Under the pieces are notes generated by a model that was given only the letters and a program-made list of their open reading frames with translations, was not told the DNA's origin and did no database searches. The translations under genes were made by a program, and so were the position numbers. Below, piece after piece: positions 1-15,000 of a DNA stretch of 64,000 bases (positions are counted from its first letter, which is position 1; every line of letters begins with the position of its first letter). Source of the DNA: the human T2T-CHM13v2.0 reference genome, Homo sapiens; assembly GCF_009914755.1 (NCBI RefSeq), contig NC_060926.1. The stretch is one strand, 5' to 3'.

Positions 1-169
1 AGCTGGGACTACAGGCATGTGCCACAGCGCCCGGCTAATTTTTGTATTTTTAGTAGAGATGGGGTTTCACCATGTTAGCCAGGCTGGTCTCGAACTCCTG
101 ACCTCATTATCTGCCGGCCTCAGCCTCCCAAAGTGCTAGGATTACAGGTGTGAGCCACCGCCCCCGGCC
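1..169 (-). mobile_element. Alu (partial, cut by window edge)
   Basis: Reverse-complement Alu left arm ending ...gagccaccgcccccggcc. Confidence 0.95.
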
Positions 170-242
170 TTTTTTCCTTTTTCAAAATGTTCTTAGCTAT
201 ATATTTGGCTGACTCCCTATTGCACTCATTCTTTTTAGGAGG

Positions 243-420
243 ATAAATATATATACATAGAGAGGGTGTTATATATATAGTGTTATATATAGTTATATTA
301 TATATATCCTCCTAAAAATATAAAAACTATATATATAGTTTAAAAAATATCAATATTAAGCAGTAAAAATTACCACTTAAAAAGTATATATATAAAGTAA
401 AAAGTTAAAGCTTAACTTTA
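243..420. repeat. AT-rich/(TA)n low-complexity tract
   Basis: Repeated tatatata runs. Confidence 0.8.
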
Positions 421-850
421 TCCCTAAAATACTACCTATCCAAGTTCTAACTCCAGGTAAGTACTAGTTAGGAATTTAAACCCATCCATCTGACAGTTTC
501 CTGAATGTATACAGACATACGATATGTAAATATATATTGGCAAAAATATTTCCAAAAGGGGGAGAATGTCCATCCCCCCACGGAGAGAAAAGCACAGGAT
601 CATGTGGCCTCTCACTTCCCCTCACTCTTCCTCTGGGTGGAAGAGCATGATTAGATCCTCCTGTCTCTCCTTTAATTCCTTCTACCTACCCTCCCCATGT
701 CCCCACCACTCTTAGTTTAGAAGTTCTACCATTTACTGCTACATTACTAGGGTTTACCTCCCTGTTTTCAGCAGCCTTATTTAAACCTAAACCTAAATGT
801 CTTTATAAATATACTAAAATTAAATAAACACTTTATCTGCCCATTGGATT

Positions 851-1105
851 TGTCACCCAGGCTGGAGTGCAGTGGTGTGATCTCAGCTCACTGCAACGTC
901 TACCTCCCAGGTTCAAGCAGTTCCCATGCCTCAGCCTCCTGAGTAGCTGAGATTACAGGCACCCGCCACCACACCTGGCTAATTTTCGTATTTTTAGTAG
1001 AGACGGGATTTCACTGTCTGGTCTTGAACTCCTGACTTCAGGTGATCTGCCCACTGCAGCTTCCCAAAGTGTTGGGATTACAGGTGCGAGCCACCACACC
1101 AAGCC
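851..1105 (-). mobile_element. AluS, lacking 3' end and A-tail
   Basis: tgtcacccaggctggagtgcagtgg...gagccaccacaccaagcc; no poly(T) at its left end. Confidence 0.93.
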
Positions 1106-1234
1106 AGGAGTGAAATGTTTAACACACTTGTATGCCTTTCAGTCTTTCCTATCCTCACCCCCTTCAACACATGGCTTTGTTTTAAATAATATGAAACCAC
1201 TTTACTTGTTGAAATTTTTCCTTAAGAGCAAGAG

Positions 1235-2049
<815 letters not shown>

Positions 2050-2129
2050 GAAGGTGGATCTACTTTTTTCAAGAGACTTTCCTTCACCATTATATTACCA
2101 TTCACAATCACATAAATATCAAATATTTA

Positions 2130-3440
2130 GATTTATGCCTGCATTTAAAGGCATACATCTCTTCCTTCCATTCTCCATCTTCCCCTATCTGGATATCTTT
2201 GTTTTGATTTAGTTCCTATTTGGTGGCGATGCTTATTAAGGTACTTATCTTAGGGTATAGGGTGCTATATTTTCTGTATCCTTGAATGTATGGCAATGTC
2301 TTTCTTTTGCCCTCAAATATAAACAACAAACTCCTAGTCCTTTTCATTTAAAAGTCTGAAACGCTGCTCTGCTATTCTTTACCTCATGGTAGAGAGGGGC
2401 AGTACAATGCCGATTTGATTCTCTTTCTTCTGTATGTAACCTGTGATCCCTTCGAAGAATCTTGTAAAAAATTCTCTTTATCCTTGCAGTTACAAATTTT
2501 ACCAGGAAATCTCAAATTGTGTATCATCTCCTTCATTAATCCCATTACTGCCCTGTGAGCCCATTCTATTTGAAAATAAGACTTTCTTCACCTCACAGAC
2601 ACCTCCTTCTAGGAGTTAGTTAATTCTGCTTCTATTTCCACATGCTCCTTCTTCTGGAGCACCCATCGCTCAGGCAGAAGCAGATCTCTCGAATCTTTTC
2701 TCCATGTTTCCTGTCTTTTCACTCGTGGTTTCCACTTCCTCATATTTTGATTCTCTCATGCACTAGTTCCTCCTTTTTATTCAGATCCAAATTCAATTTT
2801 GAGTAGTGTACATTACTTTCTTCACTTCCTTTCTTGAGTGTTTAGAGCTGTTGTTGCAATTTTTGTTTTTATTTCCCAAAACTTTTCTCCCTCTCTGAGT
2901 TGCTGGCGTGGGCTAGTGTACTGGCCAGGCTAGTGGGTGGAAATCTTGGCAGAGACAGACAACATAACACATTCCCCTTCAGGGATGGATGGGCAGCCAA
3001 TGGGGCCCTGTGTACTAAGGCATGAGGCAGAGAGAGGCCTCCCAGTTTGGTGTTCTCAAGGCCACAAAAAATGGGGGGGCCAGCTCAGCCTACTGTGCAA
3101 TTTCCTTAGACAGCAGCCCGTAGCCATGAGATCAGTACACCCCTCTGCCTCCTAGGGTCAGACGCAGCACAATTACAGCATGCACTTCCTCTCTATAAGC
3201 TGAAGGATTTTTTTGGACTAATCTGTTCATTGAGTCATCAGTTCTCTCTGGAGCCCTCATCCCCTGTTCTTGTGGTTAAGCAAAGGCTCCCAGCACACAT
3301 ACCCTTTCTTGAGACCCCAAATCTTCAGATGACCCCATTCAGGGTCATCTACCTTATTGAGCCATCCCTAGCAGAGAGTCAGGAGGGATCAGAGATATTG
3401 AATGTCAATGTGAGCTGCCATCTTCCTAGAATCTTCATTT
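2130..3440 (-). mobile_element. Old L1/HAL1-like 5'/ORF1 remnant
   Basis: T-rich degenerate sequence resembling antisense ancient L1 ORF1 (e.g. ttctctttatccttgcagttacaaattttaccagg); boundaries uncertain. Confidence 0.45.
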
Positions 3441-4655
3441 GTTCAGAGTAAGAAATCCATGAAAATATTTATACACATGGAAAGGAGCAAGGGGAAAGAA
3501 GGAGGTTGAAGATATGTAGAGAGAAAGGTAATAGATAGATAGACTCAGAACTGAGAAGCCTGAGAATGAAGCCAGCACATCTGCTGTTGTGTCCTGGTAG
3601 ATGTTAGTGGAGTTTGGTTCTAACCGAACGTCATACTCCAACAGAAGCATCAGATCTGTGGAACACAAAGTCAAGACCTGGCCCAGCTTCAGCCCTCTTA
3701 TCCAGGAGCTTAATCAAGTTTTCAGTGTAGCCTACAAGGCCATGAGACTTGCCAAAAAGGTTACTAAATAAAGGTAGGTTCATCCAAAGAGAAGCAACGG
3801 TGAGGGCAATGCAAGGTCTCCAGCCAGGTGGATGGCATCAAGCAAGCAGCAATAGGAGCAAGCGGTTGAATGAAATGGCTATAAATAGAGCCCACAAACG
3901 CATTCCAAAATCTAAACCCGGCCCCGTAGTTATGGCTTAGAGAAATGTGTGCAACAGCTGATAAATAGGTTCTCCTGGAACAGGGCCGTCTGAGGATATC
4001 TGGGCTCCAGGAAGCCTTGCCATCCACAAAACGTGGCCAGAGGCCAGTGAAGATGCTGGGAAAGGGCTTTAGGAACCACGCTGACCAGGCTTATAGGGGA
4101 AGAGCATTACTGTCCACCTCATAGGGTTCTCGGGGGGATTTAGTGAGCTATGCACATTAGGGGTTAGAACGGGGTCCACACATTGGAAACACTCTGTCAA
4201 TGTCGCCTGTTTTTAATAAGCATTAACTTACTTGCTGATACATGGGACTCCGCCTGCCTCCTCCCCAAGAAAGCACAGCATTCTATCTCTGCATAAGAAG
4301 CTTTATAGGACGGCATCCTTCCTCTTCCACAGTTTTCACAGCCATGGTCTCTAACCTATGTCTGACAGTCCATCTTAATATTACTTTTTGTTTTCAGCTT
4401 TTTACACATTCAATAAAAAAGAAAGCGAGGATCCACAAAGAACAGGACAGGAAAGAGGGTTGTTTCTCAATCTATCAGGAAGAAACCAGAGACTTGCAAA
4501 TTGGTCTCCTTGGACCGATTAATCATGCCAGCTTCAGCATTTGATTGTTATTCTGAACAATTCATGGTCCAATTAGAGGTTTATGCATTTACACTGAGAA
4601 ATACATGACGTCATTTAGAGCCATTCTGGCACAGGAAGGCCAGGCGGCCTCTCAC

Positions 4656-4778
4656 CTTTGTATTCTGCCAGGCACACACACTCATAGCCATTAACGAGGT
4701 CCCTGCAGGTGGCTGCATTCAGGCATGGAGCGGAGAGGCACTCATTATATTCCTCCTCACAGTAGAGGCCATGGTAAC
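4656..4778 (-). CDS. DNER: DNER coding exon (123 nt, Ca-binding-type EGF repeat; probably exon 9)
   Basis: CTCTCTGTCCCTCAG|GT TAC CAT...TAC AAA G|GTGAGA translates (G)YHGLYCEEEYNECLSAPCLNAATCRDLVNGYECVCLAEYK(G); phase 1-1. Confidence 0.97.
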
Positions 4779-5172
4779 CTGAGGGACAGAGAGAAAGGCC
4801 CACTGTCAAATGCATCCCATTTACAACCCACGCGGGACCAGCCTGCAAGGAAGGCAGTTGGGGGTATTCATTAGAAAGTATGGTATAAACAGATGGGATT
4901 TCAGGAGCTAGATCTCTTGGGGTAAAGTTGAAAGGTGGATTTGGGGGAAGGCTATGAAGAAAGCGCCTGTTCTTATCACACTTTTTCATGATCCCAAGTA
5001 TAAAAGAAGTGATTCCATTTATCCACTGACATTTTCATCATAGTGCATCCAACAGTGCTGGTGTTAGGGTGATCCAGTCACTGAGTGTGTCTGCTGTGGC
5101 CATCAGAGATAGTGAATGAGCAGGATTTACGGCAGGGGAGGGGCAAACAGCTCCCTTCAAGAGTGAGAACCT

Positions 5173-5495
<323 letters not shown>

Positions 5496-6360
5496 AGTGT
5501 GAGAGCCACATTAGAAAAGTATATCTGTATTTCCTTTTCAAGTCAGAAAAGAAAATTAGCTCAAAATGCTTAACTGAAATTATTGATGAAATGTGAGGGT
5601 ATTTTTGTTGTTATTGCTTGTTTAAAGATATGATTATATAAATTATAATATTTTAAATTGTACCTAAATGTTTAAATTACTAAAGAAATAATCATGTGAG
5701 TGAAGAGAAAATAAACCCACAATTTCTTGATAAAGTGGATTTTACCCTCCTATTTGCAAAACAGGTGTTTATTCTAAAGGACAAGAAGACAACATTCTTT
5801 GAGATTCATTCATGAGGGTTATGCTGTTTTCAACTTTTGAAAACATGTGTTACTGCCAATTTGCAGTGAAACCAGGCCATTTTTGTCCAGCCCTGTCCAA
5901 ACAATGAAAAACATATGAGTGTTTTCAAAAGTCACACTGACTGTGTTCGTTCTGAATTCAGATAAGCAGAAAAAATAAGCCCTTATCCAAGTAGGAATTA
6001 GAACTACTAGCTTTTCCCTAGCCTTTCCAGCTCACAACCAACTCTCAAACTCAGAAAGTCCCATTAGAACATGTTAATATGTTGAACTGCTTTGTTTCTT
6101 GTGCCTATCATAAAAGTAGGTTAAGCTCATATTTGCATTATTAACAGAGCACTTTTCAAATATGTTGCCATTTCAGTTGTTTTTGAACAGCTTTCCAAAT
6201 TTAGGTTGTGATAATGGCCCCTTTGAGGAGCCCTTGACCTACCTAAGACAAATATACTATAGTTTTCAATTCTTCTGAAAAGTAGTATGTTACCCTACTT
6301 TTTGTAACTTTAGGGAAATATTTCTATTACCCTTCATTAGATTATTTTCATCATGTAGAT

Positions 6361-6594
6361 AAGAGGTACTCAACTAGCAGCAATTTTGTCCCCCAAAGGA
6401 CATTTGAAAATGTTTGGAGACATTTTTCGTTGTCACAACTGGAGGCAGGGGGAGGGGTTGCTGCTGGCATCTAGTAGGCAGAGTCAAGAGTGCTGCTAAG
6501 CATCCTACAGTTCTACAGGAGGCTGCGCAGGACAGCCTCTCACAACAAGACTATCCAGAAAAAAATAACAATACAGCCAGGTTGAGAAACTCTG
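6361..6594 (+). mobile_element. MER20 (hAT-Charlie MITE)
   Basis: ggacatttgaaaatgtttggagacatttttcgttgtcacaactgg...ggttgagaaactctg matches MER20. Confidence 0.85.
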
Positions 6595-6602
6595 TTCTAG
6601 AC

Positions 6603-6824
6603 CAGGGGTCAGCAAACTATGGCCCACAGATGAAATCTATCCCAGCCCGTTTTTGCAAATAAAGTTTTATTGGGACACAGCCACAGTCATGCATTTACAT
6701 ATTGTCTATGGCCGTTTTAACACTACAACAGAGGACTGAGTGGTTGCAACAGAGACCATATGGCCTGCAAAGCCTAAATATTTACTGTCTGGCCCTTTGC
6801 GCAGAACAAGTTTGCTGATTCTTG
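6603..6824 (+). mobile_element. MER58A (hAT-Charlie MITE)
   Basis: caggggtcagcaaactatggccc...aaataaagttttattgggacacagccac...aagtttgctgattcttg. Confidence 0.88.
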
Positions 6825-6864
6825 ATTTAGATTCAATGAAAGATCTTTCTTTTAACAAGAGTTT

Positions 6865-7160
6865 TGGATATTAACCCCTTATCAAATGTATTGTTTGCAA
6901 ATATTTTCTGCCATTCCATAGGTCACCTTTTCATGCTGTTGATTGTTCCTTTGTTATGCAGAACCTTTTAAGTTTGAAGCACCACTTGTATATTTGTGCT
7001 TTTGTTGCCTGTACCTCGGATATCATATCCAAGAAGTCATTCCTAAGGCCAATGTTATGAAGTTTTTCCCCTACGTTTTCTTCTAGAAGTTTTATACTTC
7101 CAGGCCTTACATCTAAGCTTTTAGTCCATTTTGAGTTGGCAGTTATGTAAGGTACAAAAT
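6865..7160 (-). mobile_element. L1 ORF2 segment (inverted part of a 5'-inverted L1M)
   Basis: Minus translation NSKWTKSLDVRPGSIKLLEENVGEKLHNIGL is L1 ORF2p C-terminal region. Confidence 0.88.
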
Positions 7161-7985
7161 AATACAAATGGCCAACAGGCATATGAAAATAACATCACTA
7201 ATCAACATCACTAAAAATCAGGGAAATGCAAATTAAAATCATAACAAAATATCACTTCACACCCATTAGGATGGCCATTATAAAAAACAAAACAAAACAA
7301 ACAAAAACAGAAAATAACAAGTGTTGGGGCAGATTTGAAGAAATTGGAACCTTTGTGCACTGTTGGTAGGAAGGTAAAATGGTACAGCTGCTATGAAAAA
7401 CTACAGAGGTTCCTCAAAAAATAAAAAATAGAACCACCACATGATCCAGCAATTCCATTGCTGGGTACTCAACCAAAAGAATCGAAAACAGGATCTGGAG
7501 AAGGTAATAGCACTCTCATGTTCATTGCAGCATTATTCACAATAACCAAGAAGTACAAACAACTTGATGTCCATTGACAGAAGAACGGACAGGTCAAGCA
7601 AAAGTGGTACATAATACAATGGAATATTATTCAGCCTTAAAAAGGAAGAAAATCTTGTCATGTGCTACAATATGGATGAACCTTCAGGACATTACATTAC
7701 ATGAAATAAGCCAGTCACAGAAGGACAAATACTGTATGGTTCCACCTATATGATGTATTTTTAAAACAGTCAAACTCACAGAAGCAGAAAGTAGAATGAT
7801 GATGATTGCCAGGGTCTGCGGAAGGGGAAAAATGGAGAGCTGCTATTTAACTATGCAAGATGTTATGCAAGATGAATAAGTTCCAGATATCTGCTGGAAA
7901 ACAGTGTGTGTATGGTAAATAATACTGTAATGTATACTTAAACATTTGTTAAGAAGGTACATTTAATGCTGTGTTTTTTTACCAC
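7161..7985 (+). mobile_element. L1MA/MB 3' end
   Basis: atacaaatggccaacagg...gatccagcaattccattgctggg...gaaataagccagtcacagaaggacaaatactgtatg and 3'UTR. Confidence 0.9.
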
Positions 7986-8177
7986 TATATATATAAATAT
8001 ATATGTATTATTAAATATACATATTTTAACCACTATTATATACAGATATATATTTTACCACTATCTGTATATCTATATCTATATCTCTATATCTATATTT
8101 TACCTACTATATATATAGTGGGTAAAAAATACACAACATAAAAAATATATATAGTGGTAAAAAACATACAACATGAA

Positions 8178-8213
<36 letters not shown>

Positions 8214-8262
8214 GGAGAAAGTGGGAGAGAGAGTAAAAATATATACATATATATCCATGTAT
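7986..8262. repeat. (TA)n/(GA)n compound repeat with inverted units
   Basis: TA and GA microsatellites; repeated ttttaccactat / atagtggtaaaa. Confidence 0.85.
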
Positions 8263-9124
8263 ATGTAAAGAGTTAAGTGTCTTTTGCTTCTCCTAATATG
8301 AGAAGCTTTTTGAGGTCATTGTGGAGTACAATCACCAGCAGCACCTTTTCAATTGCATTTGCCCTGCTAGGAGATCTTTTAACAATCAACATGGAAGGGT
8401 AATATATAACCATAACCCTGCATGCATCTTTGACCTCTGAATTGAGGTGGCATTTAAATAGACAAAAATCAAACAAGCAAGTTTTGCAATATCATCTTTA
8501 ATTGTTTCCATTTTTGAAAACAGTATCATTATCTTTTTATACTAGCAATATGAAAAGCAAATGAGGAAGTTATTTTACAGAGATAATTAAGCTGGTGATG
8601 TTTTTCTTCCTTGGGGGGGAAAAAAGATAAAGTTTTCATATTCTAAAACCGTTTCTTCAGAGACGGTAACATTTAAATGTCTTCATGGAAATGTCAAGGC
8701 ACCCTTTATACTCAGTGCCAAGCAGCCTCAATCGGACGGTTTGAATAAAAAGGCACTCCTTCCAAAAGAGAGGGCTTCTGTGAAAATGAGGCTATCACCC
8801 CCTGCTGATAATTAATTCAGGCAAACAAATTAGCTCAGGGCAGTATGCCCAGTGTCTGAAAAAAAATTAGGCTAATCCAAAGATTTTTTAAAAATAAAAT
8901 AAACAATCAAAGGGTGGGATCAGAGTGGCCCTTTCCAAGGCACTGATCTTTATCAGCACTGCTCCCATCTTTGCATGATTTGCTCCCGAATAATCAGTTC
9001 CCCTTATTTCTTTCGGATTGACGGGGCACAGCAACCAACCAGATGGGGGGAGTGAGAAAGAGCGGTGGAGATGGCTGCCATGTCTAGCTGAGTGAGCGGA
9101 TGAAGTCATTATCACCAAGAGGTA

Positions 9125-9580
9125 CCACCAAAGGAAAAACAGACTTAGAGGAGGAAAAACAGGCTTAGAAGAAGACCAGTTTAACTTTGGACGTGTTTAG
9201 ATTGGGCACACTTGGGCAGGTCCAAGTGGCAGTTGGAAGTATGCGTGTAAATGGCTTAGAAAGAGCACTTTGGGAATTAGTTGCCTGGAAGTGGTTTTGA
9301 AATTTTCATTAAAGAAGAAAATGGAAGGGAAAGAAGAAAATGGAAGGGAAAAAAGAAGGGGTCAAGGTCAGACCACATGGGCAGGTGGAGAACAAAGAGC
9401 CAGATCAAGACACTGGACAAGGATTGGGCAAAAAGGAGGAGAAAAGCCCAAGGCATGCAGTGCCATGGAAGCCAGAGGATGAAAGGATATCAAGGAAGGT
9501 GGGTTAGCAGTGTCAGAGGCTCTAATGAGCAAGAATGACCACTGGACTAGAAAATGAGGAGGTCACTGAACACCCTCAAA
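9125..9580 (-). mobile_element. L2 fragment
   Basis: Purine-rich L2-like phrases (ttggacgtgtt, gccatggaagcca, gaggtcactg). Confidence 0.5.
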
Positions 9581-9835
9581 ACCATGGTTCTTAATGGTGG
9601 CTGTGCTAGCCCTTAGATGGTGTTTAGAGAAAATTAGGGGTGGGAGTGATCCTTATGCAATGATTGGAGGGTTCTACTGGAATTTAGGAGGGTGGGAGAG
9701 GGCAAAGTTATTAAATATTGCAATGCCCTGGATATTCCTGCACAACAAAGAATGCCTCCTCATTCTTCACAACAATGGACTGTTCCACTGGACCCTCATG
9801 TAGGCAAAAACCCTGTTGATAACTTTCCCAAACTA

Positions 9836-10321
<486 letters not shown>

Positions 10322-10754
10322 CTATATCCATAAAACAAAAACATCAACAAAAATCACTTCCTCAGATAGTTTTCTGACAATGCTATTTACAGTAGCTCTT
10401 CCCACCAGCAACTCATCACGACACTCAGCTGATTTCCATCGTAGCATTTGTAACTGTCTGAAATCCTATTTTTATCATAGTTCTTTACTTGATTATCACG
10501 TCTCTTCCTCCACTACAGGATAAGCTTGAGGGTAGAGTCTGCAAACGCAGTATTCACAGCTGTACCTGTGGTATCTGTGTCGGAAAAGGCTACACAAATA
10601 AAACTGTTACATAAGCACCCAAAATGTTATCAATTGATTCGATGCACTTTTAAAATGTTTCCATGGTGCTCCAGGACCTTCCAGGTGCCCTGGGTACTGC
10701 CTACAAAGCTAAAGAACAGGGTCTCCACCTACACGGAGCATCCAGTGTGGTAGC

Positions 10755-10910
10755 AAGTTAGCAGCATCTGCCTTATGTCAGGCCCTTTAGATGTGTTAAC
10801 TTGTTTAATTCTCATAAAAACCCAAGGCAATGGGCATGAATCATCCCAATTTATAGATGAGGAATTAAGAGTTAGAGAGGTAAAGAAATTTGCCCAAAGC
10901 CATGTAGTCA
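10755..10910 (-). mobile_element. MIR
   Basis: cccaatttatagatgaggaattaagagttagagaggtaaagaaatttgcccaa (MIR core). Confidence 0.75.
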
Positions 10911-10962
10911 ATCCTGTGTGTTCTTCCTTCTTTCCCATGTTGCCTCCAAACGCATTGTCTAG

Positions 10963-11321
10963 TATGTTAGTTTATTAGGGCTCCCATGAAAATACTATAG
11001 CACTGGTTGAATTAAACAAAAACTTATTTTCCCAGAGTTTTGGAGGCTAGAAGTCCATGTCAAGGTGTCAACAGGTATGGTTTCCCCTGAGGCCTCTCCC
11101 CTTGGCTTGCAGACGGCCGCCTTCTCTATGAGTCCTCACATGTCCTTTTCTCTGTGTGTGAGTGCTTCTCATAAGGACACCGGTGCTATTGTATTACAGC
11201 CCTACCCTTATAATCTCATTGAACCTTAATTACCTCTTTAAAGGCCCTATCTCCAAAGACATTGGAGGTTACAACTTCAACATATGAATTTGGGGTGGAG
11301 GGCCTAATTTAGTCCTTAACA
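10963..11321 (-). mobile_element. MLT1A/B-type MaLR LTR
   Basis: ggaggctagaagtcc...gaggcctctccccttggcttgcagacggccgcc...catatgaatttgggg...ttaaca. Confidence 0.85.
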
Positions 11322-11329
11322 CCTAGAAT

Positions 11330-11537
11330 CTGAGTTTCTCAGTCACAAGACTGTTGGTATTTTGGACCAGATCATAATCGCGGGGAGCTTCCCTGTGCAC
11401 TGTAGAATGTTGAGTCGCATCCCTGACCTCTACACAATAGATTCCAATAATACCATCCTTCCCAGGTGTAATGATTAAAAATGTCCCCATTGTCATATGT
11501 CCCCTGGAAGACAAAAATCCCTTTTGGAGAACCACTG
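11330..11537 (-). mobile_element. MER20
   Basis: Reverse-complement MER20 ending gagaaccactg. Confidence 0.82.
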
Positions 11538-12715
11538 TTCTAGATCCTTTTTATAAGATGAAAACAACTTGAAGAGATTTGAGAACATGAGGGTTTCAAA
11601 TTGTTGTGAAGGGTGAGAGTTCATTCATCAGAGCAAAAGGATTTCTGGACAATACCTAGGAGGGCTTCTGCCCTTGTGGGTTTGACATAACACAGCCCAT
11701 GGGGTGACTCTCTCCTGTACTGCTATCCCACAGAAGGAAACAGGCCCTGGGTATATCTGGGACTGGCTCATACCAAGCAAATGAGATAGAGCGGAGTAAG
11801 AAGGGAGAACCTGCCTGGTGATTTTTGAGCTAACGAGAACCCTGTTGAATGCTGTGTCCTTGGATTGGGACTCCTCTCTGTGCCCCCTATGAAGCCTCCA
11901 GCCACGTGGTGAAGCTGGTTTCTAGCTAGTGCTCTTCCTACTTTTCACATGAAAAGACCACAGCCCTACAGCCTTGACCAGTTCAGCAAAGGCACGGTGG
12001 AGCCCAGATTCCAGCCCACAGACCCTGACCTGCTCCAGAACAGGACACTTTGCTGCATAAAGGTCTTAAGAGTCACTCAATTCCTACTCTCCCCAGTAAA
12101 AGGCAAAGCCTTCCATGGCCTTTCACCATCTTCCCTCTCAACACTGTCGCAAGGCAGGATTTAAACATCAATCCAGGACCCACCGGCTCTGGTTCCACAG
12201 TGTGTTTGCTCACAGGAGTACTTTCCCTCTCCCCGCCCGTCCCTCATCACACTCAAAAATATCCAAAACTGTAAGATTCTAGCTGTAGCCAGATGGCTTT
12301 CACACTTCGTGCAACAAATTCCCAGCGACTCATCTGTCAGTATCACCTCTGGAGCGTGATTTGTGCTTCCTGCTGCCTCAGGCAAACAGGACCTTCGAAG
12401 ACCATGGTGCTGTGATCAGGACAACCAGGGGGAGGTCATGCCACTCACTCCCCTCGTACAGACTGAATTCAAGGCAAGAGTGAATTTAAGGTGTTTGGGG
12501 CTTTTATTTGTTTTTACTTTATAGTCAGGCTGAAGTGAGTTGCAGGGCTGTGAAGAGTGGTTCCTTTAATGATGCAACACAACTCAAAGGATGTTTTCCC
12601 TTCTTTTCAGCATGAGTGGATAAAATGTGAAAACCCATGACTTTCTGATTCAAGTCTAGGCCAGTTCCTGGGAGATCAAATATTCCACCTCACCCATAGT
12701 AGTTAAAGATATGGG

Positions 12716-13052
<337 letters not shown>

Positions 13053-13179
13053 TTAACATGATTGTGAGCTTTCAAATTCTGGCTAAACTCACTGGTGGTC
13101 ATAGAGCCCTTTGGCGCTCTGGAATGTGGGACAAGATGCATTCATTTTGCTGTGTAGAGCTTTATTTCAAGGGAATCTG

Positions 13180-13425
13180 TGTGGGTGCGTGTGTGTGTGA
13201 GTGAGTGTGTGCATCTATCTCCCTTAGCCTCTCTTGTTGCTGGCAGGTTCATAATAGAAATCGATTAAAGAACAGAAATAAGAACAGAGGCAAGCATCTG
13301 GGCTCACATTAATCCTATTAAGTGTTCAGATGCTCTCGTTTAAACGAACCTGCTGGTTTTGATAACTGCACAGGTTTTCACTGAGTAATCGTGCTTCTGT
13401 CACACACACACACACAACACACACA
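13180..13425. repeat. (GT)n (~13180-13211) and (CA)n (~13401-13425) microsatellites
   Basis: Direct reading. Confidence 0.8.
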
Positions 13426-13909
13426 ATAAAGCCAGAAAATACTTGTGAACATGGAGGAAGTTGTGTAAGTCAATGCAGAGCATTCGTTGGTGTGTGGCAG
13501 ACAATAGCTGCTGATGTTTCTTATTTCTTTAGTCTCTAATTTCTTATCCTTTTATTGCTCATGGCAACTCAGCCAGAAAAGAAAATAAATGTCAGAAGAC
13601 CCAAATCAGTCAATATTTTCACTTGCTGTGATTTTTATAAACATTAAATTGAAAGGACTAAAGACAGAGGCTAAATTAAAGTTTTTGACTGTAAAACCTC
13701 CCTATTATTTATGTTACTGAGCCATCTACAAATTTCCATCTCCCTCCCTGGGCTTCCAAAAGGATGGATGATGAAAAGCCAGCTCTAAATCATATCCTCA
13801 CTGTTCACACCATGAGTTTATATTCTCCCTCAGTGCAGAGGCTCTCTGGCTTTAATAGCCACATGGGGAAGGTTGGTAATTCTCTGTTTCTCATATTTGC
13901 CTCCTTGAT

Positions 13910-15000
<1,091 letters not shown>

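Noticed and set aside
4779-4989. N-terminal extension of ORF 4615..4989 ahead of the EGF sequence
   Set aside because: Intronic open frame upstream of a clear polypyrimidine/AG acceptor; only 4656-4778 matches DNER.
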